In this document: piece after piece, positions 36,244-45,600 of the stretch
How the letters are laid out: each line of letters opens with the position of its first letter
Position numbering within the stretch: the first letter of the stretch is position 1
From: Candidatus Uhrbacteria bacterium
GTDB lineage: Bacteria; Patescibacteriota; Patescibacteriia; UBA9934; GWF2-40-263
Assembly (NCBI GenBank): GCA_016188425.1
Contig: JACPHX010000016.1
Coordinates: 22,161 to 86,160, forward strand
Direction: 5' to 3'
Length of the DNA: 64,000 nt
Notes under the pieces: generated by a model
Databases searched by the model: none
What the model was told of the DNA's origin: nothing
Seen by the model: the letters and a program-made list of their open reading frames with translations, nothing else
Translations under genes and position numbers: made by a program

Positions 36244-36246
36244 ATA

Positions 36247-36543
36247 TTAAGCATCCAAATCGTTCCAATCCAACAGACGCTTGGTTTTTCCTTGTTTACA
36301 GGAAGCAAGCGCCTCTTTCACGAGCTTGTCAGTGTGCTTTTCATCCCAGGCGTACCCATCCTCCACCAACGCATTGTAGGTTTCCACATCCAAGACCACC
36401 GCTTCCGGGACACTGTTATTAATAAGAAGAACGGCATCATGCGTCCGTTTCGCCATGTCGAGCACTTTTCGGTAATTCCTCTGAAGATCCCGAACGGAGT
36501 AGGAGGGGGTGATTGGTTGCATAGAAGTATAGATTGCTGACAT
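36247..36543 (-). CDS. Type II antitoxin, Phd/YefM-like
   Basis: MSAIYTSMQPITPSYSVRDLQRNYRKVLDMAKRTHDAVLLINNSVPEAVVLDVETYNAL... 4 nt upstream of the toxin. Start taken at the Met immediately after a TATAAT box (possibly leaderless). The ORF track N-extension is probably spurious. Confidence 0.55.
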   Translation of the reverse strand: MSAIYTSMQPITPSYSVRDLQRNYRKVLDMAKRTHDAVLLINNSVPEAVVLDVETYNALVEDGYAWDEKHTDKLVKEALASCKQGKTKRLLDWNDLDA

Positions 36544-36546
36544 TGT

Positions 36547-36570
36547 ATTATACGTCCAATTGCATGTCAA
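36547..36570 (-). promoter_or_regulatory. Candidate sigma70-type promoter of the TA operon (TTGACA-12-TATAAT-3-ATG; short spacer, leaderless-like)
   Basis: Minus strand reads ttgacatgcaattggacgtataatacaATG. Confidence 0.3.
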
Positions 36571-36713
36571 ACTAATCTGCCAGCGCTCGAGGTTGCACAA
36601 AACATCTATGGAATTCATCGACACCGTGAACGGTTCAAACAAAGTCGTGGGCCAAATTACCAAGGATGATCTGTCTGTTTTCGAAAGTTCTTTAATAATC
36701 TATGTACATTTTC

Positions 36714-36742
36714 TTGACCATGACCTTCCCATGCCGTATTCT
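36714..36742 (+). promoter_or_regulatory. Candidate promoter of tRNA-Ala(GGC): TTGACC-17-TATTCT
   Basis: ttgaccatgaccttcccatgccgtattct, ~20 nt upstream of the tRNA 5' end. Confidence 0.35.
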
Positions 36743-36763
36743 ACCGCCATCCCAAAGTAATAC

Positions 36764-36839
36764 GGGCTCTTAGCTCAGTTGGTAGAGCGCTTCCATGGCA
36801 TGGAAGAGGCCAAGGGTTCGAATCCCTTAGAGTCCACCA
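36764..36839 (+). tRNA. tRNA-Ala (anticodon GGC)
   Basis: Cloverleaf folds manually: acceptor GGGCTCT/AGAGTCC with G3:U70, D arm GCTCAGTTGGTAGAGC, anticodon loop ATGGCAT, T arm AAGGGTTCGAATCCCTT, encoded CCA. Confidence 0.9.
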
Positions 36840-36941
36840 CGAACCAAACCTGGTCCATGGTTGGTTAAACCGCAGAGCAACCATCTCTGTGGTTGCCCCG
36901 CCGCCAATCGTCCAGGTACGAGGTTTGATACGTGGTCCACC
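36840..36941 (+). ncRNA. Conserved structured 3' trailer of tRNA-Ala(GGC); homologous to the trailer of tRNA-Ala(CGC) at 47259-47359
   Basis: cgaaccaaacctggtccatggttggttaaaccgcagagca...ccaatcgtccaggtacgaggtttgatacgtggtccacc aligns block-by-block with the reverse complement of 47262-47359. Confidence 0.4.
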
Positions 36942-36979
36942 AAAAACCCCCTTCGATATTGAAGGGGGTTTTTGTTTTT
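36942..36979. terminator. Bidirectional rho-independent terminator (aaaaaccccc-ttcgatattg-aagggggtttttgttttt)
   Basis: Perfect 8-bp GC-rich stem with an A-tract on the 5' side and a T-tract on the 3' side. Sits between the tRNA-Ala (+) and the convergent gene 36986..39358 (-). Confidence 0.75.
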
Positions 36980-36985
36980 ACTCAT

Positions 36986-39358
36986 TTATTCCCCCACCGT
37001 TTTCTTCCCCAGTATCTCCGGGAGATTCTCATTCAATTTTCCCGCCTTCAATCGCGCAAGCCGTGCCTGCGCAAGCTGGTCCTCTGGATTGTACTCGAGG
37101 ATTTTTTCAACCTGTTCGATGGCCTTGGCCCCCTCCTTTTGTCGCTCATAAACCGTTGCCAGGAACCAACGGGCATTCGCGTACCCAGGGAGGAGGTTCA
37201 CGGCATGTTCAAGCGATTGCTGTGCGCGATTCACGTCCCCGTCAGCGTTTCGTCGTAAATACAGCAGACCGAGCTGAAAATAGACGCCGACATCGTACTC
37301 GTTATATCGCGCCACGCTCTCCATTTTACCAATGGCATCATCCATCCGGCCTTGCTGCTGGTAGACAAGCCCAAGCTGGTAGTGCGCCGGCGCATAATCG
37401 GGCTTGAGAATGATGGCCTGATCGAATAGTCCCTCGGCACGTTTGAGCGATTCATCTCGTTTGCGGGTTGCGGCAGCCGCGTCTCCGCCGGCTTTCGCTC
37501 CTTCCGCCACTTCTTTTGCGGCAATCGCCGTCTGGGCCAAACCATACTCAACCGCTACTGCGGGGCTGTTGGGTTCGCGCTCATATGCGGCCGCAAACGC
37601 AAGGAGCGCTCCCGAGGCCGCCTCTGGCAACAGGGGAATGAGCTCTCGTTCCACCTGCCCCAATATGAGCCAATTGCGGGCATTCCCAGGCGCAAGACGC
37701 GTTGCCTCCTTCGCCGCTTCGACAGAGAGCGCGGCGGTATCCTTGAGGGCCGTCTTCACCTCCTCGGGCATCGCCTCTGTGTCCGAATATTCCCCGACTT
37801 TTTCATTCAACAGAAACAGCAAACTTCTGGACAAGTTGCGGACATAGAGGTCGTTCCATCTGTTGAGATCTCTCGCGCGGTCCAGACGCTCCACGACCTC
37901 CAGGATGGACGCATGGGTTCGATCCGATCGGATAGCTTGCGCATAGACGATTTCCGACGCGTAACGCTGCCCGCTGAAAAAGACCAACCATGTTCCCGCG
38001 AACACTCCGAGAACAAAAACGACGATTCTCCATGTGCGTTTCGCTGGCTTGTTTGGGTGAGAGGCCGCCCGTCGATTCTCTTGGAGAGAAACGCCCTGAT
38101 CCCCAACCACAGACAGAGCCGAGAGACAAAAAATGAAAAACCCAAGAAGAACCAGGCTGATTGGATACACAAAGAACAAAACAAAACTCATCACGAAACC
38201 CAATACCCAAGGAAGTTGCTCTGGATCGAGGATTTTCCGTCGGACAAGCTGAAACAGGGTGATGACAGGAGCAACAAGGAAGCACAGCAACCCCAGCCAC
38301 CCGAAACTGGCGACTATATTGAAGAGAAAGGAATAGGCGTGATCGATACGCGTGTCCCAAAATCCAGTTTTTGCCATAGCAGGATCATGGTATTTCGCAA
38401 ACCCGAATTGGAATGTTCCACCTCCGGACCCGAGAAGGGATGAGGAATGGGAAAGAATCTTCGACACGACTTCTTTGGAAGCAGAAAAGGAAGGAGTTGC
38501 TTCCAAGGGAGGATGTACGCCCAAAAAACCAGGGAAGACGAAGAGGAATGCAGAGGCGATAAGGCAAGAAGTGAATGAAACCAATGCCAGTTTATAGCGG
38601 GGGTACCTTGTCGCGTCTGCTATGACCGCAATACATACTATCAAGGATCCGGCTGCGAAAAATCCTAGAGCAAGCCCGTAATCCACTGCGGCAAGGATAA
38701 AAAGCGAGGAAATGGCTGTCACCCAGGTCATGATCGCCTCCCAGAGAGCAAAACGTTCGTGGCGCGTTTGAAAAGGCAGCATCGCCAGCGCGAACACGCC
38801 ATACACCGCTGCAACCAGAGAGAGCTGGTTTGCGGTGCCCACGGAATTCACTCCTGACAGAACCCAGCTGGAAGGAACCAAGATGCCAACGACAGCGAGC
38901 GTCCCCGCACCCGCTCCACCTGTGACCATGGCGTGACGAAACGCACGGCGGAAAGGACTATCCATCCACGCGAATCGAAACGATACTATGGCGCAGAACA
39001 GGCCAATCCACGTCAGCACGCTCTCGGTCTCAATTCCTGATCCGCCAATCCATGAACGATACGGAGTGGACGAGCCCAGTGCCGCCACCGCTGTCACCGC
39101 TACAAAAGCCAATACAGAGAGAACGGAAGGAGGAAAAAGTTTCTGCGCACTGGGCTGCTTCAGTTGGGAACCTAGCACCCCGATAAACGACAAAACGGAA
39201 AGGACAACCAGCATTGTTTGTTTTGTGATTTCAAATGGCTCCAATGTAAAAGGCAAAAACGCCACAGGCATCAACACCGCCAAAGCGATGAGGGACCAAC
39301 GGTTCAATTTCAAAAAAAAGGAGGTGTCCCTCTGCATATGCAGATGATTATATCGCAC
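36986..39358 (-). CDS. O-antigen ligase (Wzy_C)-like polytopic membrane protein with C-terminal TPR repeats
   Basis: More than 10 predicted TM helices in the N-terminal 430 aa. The C-terminal ~250 aa have TPR-like repeats (AHYQLGLVYQQQGRMDDAIGKME...YFQLGLLYLRRNADGDVNRAQQSLEHAVNL...). Confidence 0.55.
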   Translation of the reverse strand: MRYNHLHMQRDTSFFLKLNRWSLIALAVLMPVAFLPFTLEPFEITKQTMLVVLSVLSFIGVLGSQLKQPSAQKLFPPSVLSVLAFVAVTAVAALGSSTPYRSWIGGSGIETESVLTWIGLFCAIVSFRFAWMDSPFRRAFRHAMVTGGAGAGTLAVVGILVPSSWVLSGVNSVGTANQLSLVAAVYGVFALAMLPFQTRHERFALWEAIMTWVTAISSLFILAAVDYGLALGFFAAGSLIVCIAVIADATRYPRYKLALVSFTSCLIASAFLFVFPGFLGVHPPLEATPSFSASKEVVSKILSHSSSLLGSGGGTFQFGFAKYHDPAMAKTGFWDTRIDHAYSFLFNIVASFGWLGLLCFLVAPVITLFQLVRRKILDPEQLPWVLGFVMSFVLFFVYPISLVLLGFFIFCLSALSVVGDQGVSLQENRRAASHPNKPAKRTWRIVVFVLGVFAGTWLVFFSGQRYASEIVYAQAIRSDRTHASILEVVERLDRARDLNRWNDLYVRNLSRSLLFLLNEKVGEYSDTEAMPEEVKTALKDTAALSVEAAKEATRLAPGNARNWLILGQVERELIPLLPEAASGALLAFAAAYEREPNSPAVAVEYGLAQTAIAAKEVAEGAKAGGDAAAATRKRDESLKRAEGLFDQAIILKPDYAPAHYQLGLVYQQQGRMDDAIGKMESVARYNEYDVGVYFQLGLLYLRRNADGDVNRAQQSLEHAVNLLPGYANARWFLATVYERQKEGAKAIEQVEKILEYNPEDQLAQARLARLKAGKLNENLPEILGKKTVGE

Positions 39359-39696
39359 ACCGCATCACGGGAACAGCACAAAACAAAAAACAATACGCAA
39401 AAAAGGCGGGCGTGGGGTCCCGCCTTTTCGCTAGGCAGAACTTGTCCACCTTTGGGCCGAGGCTCGCACTCCGCCCAACCGCTGGACAAGTTCTGCAATG
39501 GAAAGAACGTACGGTCTTTGAGAGACCGGCCCTGCGTGCTTGCAACGCAAGACTGGTCTCTCAAAGGCGTTGATGACGGGATCGCCGGCATCGGGTGGAA
39601 AAATGAGGAACGACCAATGGTCGAACCGCCAGGGCGAGGATCCGCCGCTGGTGTGAAGGCAGGGAAGCCCTCGCATCAGCGGTGGATGTCTCACGA

Positions 39697-42600
39697 TTAT
39701 TCGCTGACTGGGCCAAAGACGATCTCGTCTGGAACAGGGTCAGAGGCAGGGACATCAACCTCCGTCGGGGGAGGATCGGCTGGCTGATCGCCTGTTCCTA
39801 CATCCGTAGACGGATCAGTACCCGCGTCTCCAGATGTGTCTGTGCCGTCGACTGGATCTGGTGCTGTGTTAGTCGTTGTGTCTGTGGTTGTCCCTGCCCC
39901 CTCATCTGCAATCTCATCTATGACCTCCGGCTCATGGTCTTTACGATACGCATACACAACCCAATCGAAGCTGACGCCGTTTTCTGTGCCACCGATTTGT
40001 TGAACGGTGAATCCATTGTTATCGCGCTGCGACACATACAAGGAAACGGGTCCATTTGGAGTGGCGATGACGCGGATAGGAGCAAAAGTCGAGATGATGT
40101 CATTGAAAGCGGGGTTTACCTCTTCAAAGACGATGGTGGCGCTGCCATTTTCCAGCAATCCTTCGCCGACCAAGGTCGCGAACGGTTCCATAGAAACAGT
40201 CGCAACGGTTTCAACATCTTCACCTTGGTAGGATTCGATGACGTTCTTCACGAGACCTTTGGTGACAAAATTTCCTTCTTCATCGATGGCCCACACGCCA
40301 GCAAGGCCGTTGATGCGGCCGACATCGAGGATTTCATTGCCGTGCGCATAGAAACTGCCGTAGAGGTCGAGCTGTGACAAACCGCTTACTCCCGAGGTGG
40401 TGCCAGTGATGGTCTCCGTCCCAGGAATCGATTCTGATTCCCCAGTAAACAACGATGTTTGGACAAAGACGACGATCAAATCATCGGCGGCACCGCTTGT
40501 ATATGGTTCCAACGCGTATCCGACGATCATGCCCGATTCCGTCGCTTTCATGGCGACACCTGGGGTGGAAGAGGCGGTGAGGGGATCGCCGATCGCGATA
40601 TCGCCATTTTCGTTTGATACTCTCGTTGGCACGCGCCCCATAAGGGCAACGGGGTAGTGACCGGGGAGATTTTCACCTGCGAGAAACCCTGGCTTGGTGG
40701 AGATAATGCCGGCGAGAATTTCATCAGCGGAACCGGTGCTCTTCATGATAGTTTCGTTTCCCGCCACGGAGAAAGCGACGACGTCCCCAGGGACAAGGGA
40801 GGCGGCAGATGGGAACATTTCCGCGAAATCATAGGAACCAGTGCTCCAACCGGAGGCATTGGTGCGCATCATGTCGCCGCCCGGACCTTCTGAATTATCG
40901 TAGAAAATATATTTATCCATTTGCTTCGTGCCGCTGGCGGATGGATAGAGCTTGCCGCCGATCACGATATCGCCATTGAGTTCAGCTGTGCCGAGATTGT
41001 TGATGAGGGCGACTTCTTGATCTGAAGCGTCCTTGACGGATAAGCGATAGTCCGTCGTGGAGGTGGTCGCCAAGGAGAGGCTCATGGAGACACCATCCGC
41101 ACTCGTCGTGTCTGTATTCCATGCGCTTCCACGGAAGACGAACGCCCGCGAATCAACCGCCGTGGCGATTTCCGTCGCCGTTCCTTCCGCCGACAGCACG
41201 GCAGCCGTGGCCAGCGAAATCATCGAGCCGTCGTTGCCGATCGCCATGCCGCTGTGCCACGAAGGCTGCACATACACGCGAATCGTGCCGACTCCAGGCC
41301 CATTCCATGCATCAAGGGCGATGCCGACCACCATGCCGGGAAGAGTGGATTTCATGCCCGCGCCAGCGGTCGAGGAAGAGGTGATGGGGTCGCCTGGGCG
41401 AATTACTCCGTTCTCATCGCTCACTTTCAGAGGAACGCGGCCGGCGGTCGCGATGGCTTTCGGATACGTGGCTGCATCTATCACGCCGCGGCCATAGCTC
41501 TGTGCCGGCGAGGTGGAGACGATACCGACGATGCGTGATTCGTAAGGGGTCGAGGATTTATCGAGAACGGTCAGATCACTGACGATCTTGCCTCCCGTGA
41601 GGACGCCGGTGAGCGGTTCCACTTCATCCGCCTCGTAGGTGATGGTGGCATCCGTGGCAACGACCAAGTCTCCCGCGGTTTCATCACCGGTTGTTTCATA
41701 CCATTCCGCGATGTCATCCGGAGCCCCGGAACAGACGACGAGTTCGCGATCCGTGGCCGTGGTATCCGAATCCGCCCCGCTGTGACAGACGCCGTTGGTG
41801 GTGGCGGCCCCGTTGAAATCAGTCTTGATGACTCCGTTCACGTCCAAGATCGTGGCGCCGATGGCGATAGTGCCGTCGGTACCGTCGTTGTCGATGGTTT
41901 CGCCTTGCTGGAGGGTGATGTCGGTGGTCATCCGATTGCCGGCACCGTCTCCTAAAACAAGACCATTGGTAATGGTGCCGCTCGTTCCGTTTATTTTGAT
42001 TCCATTGGTCATTCCAGAGGTCCCGGTACTATCAATAAACAGGCCGTTTGTCACCACAACATTTGCTCCATCACCCGTAGGATCTGCGTTGTTGATATAC
42101 ACAAGGGTATCGACCAATAGATCCGAAGAACTGGAAGTGGATTGATTTTCCACACGCAGGACGCGCTCTGTTGCGCCTGCAGTTGACGTGCTTTGAGTCC
42201 AAGGAATATCGATGCCGATATCTGTTCCTCCGCTCGCGCCATGTACATTCGTGATATTGAATTTGTAGGCCGAGAATCCTGAAGCACCGTTATTATGTCT
42301 TGACGTGAGATCAAGAACAGAACCTGTTGAAAAATTATTGGCTCCGCTCGTGAAATTCACGATATCGCCTGCTCCAAACGAGCTTCGGGAAAGCGAGAAC
42401 ATGTTTGCGGCGGCGGTATTGCTCGTGAATCGGAACGTCCCATCGTCCTCATTGTCGATGGTCTGACCGCTCTGCAGTTTGAAATCTGTGATCATATCAA
42501 CCTCCCCAGAACTGAAATCGATCCCCGTAAGCACCCCATCAGTCACCTTGTATCCAACTGTTGCTGTGTTTGTACCGGCCAAATCGATATTAATACCATT

Positions 42601-45600
42601 CGTAATCCCATCGGCGATCCCTCCTGAATTCAATATGTTGATGGCATTGGTTGCTTTCACGCTTTGCGTGGCGGTCGTGTCGTCATTATCCAATACGAGC
42701 AAAGTGTTAATGGCGAGATCGTCATTAGTCGCCGTATCTTCTACCACATGGATCTCAAACACCTTTTCCTGACTTCCATTAAATTCTGAGTCTTGCTGCC
42801 AGGCAAAATCGTATCCCCAGATATTATTGGAACCTCCTCCGCTTGTTGCATTTACAGTCTTAAATTTATTAGCAGTAAACCCGAAACTTGTCCCATCGTG
42901 CCGTGAAGTGACATTGAAGGCGCTCCCCACTGAATCGAAGTATCCTGTAGAGGAGGCATAATTGATCAGGCTTCCGGACATGCTTGCCAAATCATGATCA
43001 AAGGTCAATACATTCGCGCTATCGGTCGTGTTTGAGGTGAGCTTCAGGGTTTGCGTGGAAAGATTTATGACTCCCAGCGTTGCGTTATCAATACGCGAAA
43101 CACTTGCCGAGCTTGCATCGTAATCTCCCCGCAACCGAATTTCGGCCGTTCCAGTAAAATCTGTCGCAGTTACTGACGTATTATCAGAAAAATTAATTCC
43201 ATAGCCGACTCCGTCCAATATGGTAATGCCATTGGCAAATCCGTTGCCCGTCATCGCCTCCCCGATCTTGATACCGTGCGAAAAGACATCTGTATTATCT
43301 CCGGTATTGGAAATCTCCAGGGCTTGCGATATGGTCATGTCTTGCGTAAGAGTCGTATCTGAATTATTCAATCGTAATAGCGACTGGATGTTTGTATCAG
43401 AGTTTCCGCCGGAATCGTCTTCGATATTCCGGATATCCACGACAATCTCGTTTCCCCCATTGAATGAGGCGCTGTTTTGCCAGATAAAGTCATACCCTTT
43501 CGAACCGGCGGCACCGCTCCCTGACTGATTATTGATGATATTAAATTCTCCAGCGGTGAAACCGGGTCCGTTATGCGATGATGTCACATTAAAAACACGC
43601 CCCGTCCCATTGAGGGACGATGTTGTCGATACATCAAAAATATCGCCGGATGTTGCCCCGGATGTAATCTGAATTGCCTGCCCGCCGGATGTCTGCGTCC
43701 CGGTAGTGATCGCAAGAGCGGTGCCGGTGGTCAGTGCGCTTGTGTTGATATTGATGCCGGTCCCTGAAGACATGGAGGTTGCATCCAATACAATACCCGA
43801 CCCCGTAGTGGCTCCCGAAGCAATGTGGATTGCCTCTCCTCCGGCTATTTGCGTTCCAGTTGTCATTTCGATACCTGATCCGGTAGTCAATGATGATGCG
43901 GTGATCCCAAGCGCGAATGCGGTTGTTGCAAAACTATCGATATCAAACGTGCCATCTGGTGTTGTGTCGTTTATACCGACTCTTCCTGCAGATTTATCAA
44001 GATACAAATCGTCCGTAAAAAAGGCGATGTCGCCGTCTGACGTTGCGTCCGTACCGAAGTTAAAAATACTGGAGACGCTATTGTACGACAACGTCCCTTC
44101 ATTTGTTGCCGTATCGCCGACGTGAAGCGTGGCTCCGTCCAAATACAAATCCCCCCATCGCAACGCACTCGTACCAAGATCGAGCGTGCCGTCGGCAGAA
44201 GGGACGATCGCCGAACTCACACGGCTCACAAACGAAACCGTATCGGTCGTCGCGTCACCAAGCGTCACATTGCCGTTGAATGTGCCGACGCCGGCATTCG
44301 TCATGGTGAACAAATCGGTCCCGGCGCTATTTTCAAATACAACGAGGTTTGTGGTTTGTGCCGCATTCGCCTGCACGAGGAATTGGATTTCATCCGCGTT
44401 TCCGTCCACGGCCAAATTGGCAGAGAGGTTTGTCGCCGTACCGACCGTGACGTTATCCGTGGCGGTCGTGAGGCGCACAAGCGTGCCATCGTCGGTCCAG
44501 CCGCCGCCACCACCCGCGCCGATTTGCACGAACGAGGCGCCGTTGTACATGTACAAACCATCCCCCGTGGCATCCCAAACAATATCCCCCTCGGCTGTCC
44601 CCGTGACGGAGGATGGCGCGCCCGCATTCGTGGGAATGTTCAACCCGACGTTCGCCGCATGCGCGGCCGTGTCGACTCGTTTCGTCGTAACGACATTGCC
44701 GGAGGAATCAACCGTAAACAGGTCACCGGACCCGACCGTAAACAAGGCAGCGGGGGTTGCATCGCCGATACCGACAAATCCGCTGTCAGCGAACGTCACA
44801 AATGGGGTTCCCGCATCCGCGATGGTAAAGTCGCCCGTCGTCGTCAGGTTGTAGGTGAGACCCGTTGCATCGTCGATTTCCATGGTCAAATTCGTATTGG
44901 TGATGGATTGCGCGTACACCTCGTCGAAATCGGGAGTCGAGACGCTGCCCGCCAAATCCGTCCACGTCGTTCCCGCGTCTCCCGCGCTGGAATTCACCCA
45001 CAATTTTCCCGTCTGATCCAGATAAATAGAGCCGGACTCTGCCGAGTGGGAGGGGGTTCCCGTTCCGGTTTGGATATCGACTTCGTCTGCATTCGTACTG
45101 TCTGTCAATCGGATGAAATTCGTATTCTCAGCGTCAACGATGTCGATATGCGTATCCGGAGCCGTGGTTCCCATGCCAATCCACCCATTTACATCAACGA
45201 CGAAATCGTCCGGGCCGAAATAGCGGATCGGAAAGGCGGCCACAGAGGCAGATGCCGATAAGTCATCAATGGCCAGCCCATAAAAATTCCCAACGACTCC
45301 GGTACTGGAGGCAAATGTGTCATTGATGGTCACTGCATAATAATCCGTAATATCTCCCGCCCCCGTGAGCAATGGTCGGGTGATGACTCCGTAGGCAGAA
45401 GTTATATCTCCAGAAGATTCGTTGACTACTTGCGCGCTCACGGCCATGGCACTCGTAATAGGATCCGGTCCTCCTCCGACCGCTTGGTTGCTCACGACAG
45501 ATTGCACGCCAGTCAAAGTATCTACGGCATTTATCAGCCCTGTCTTTGCAATAGATTGAAAGTATCCTGCCGTGGACGCATATCCTGCCGCCCCTGGGCT

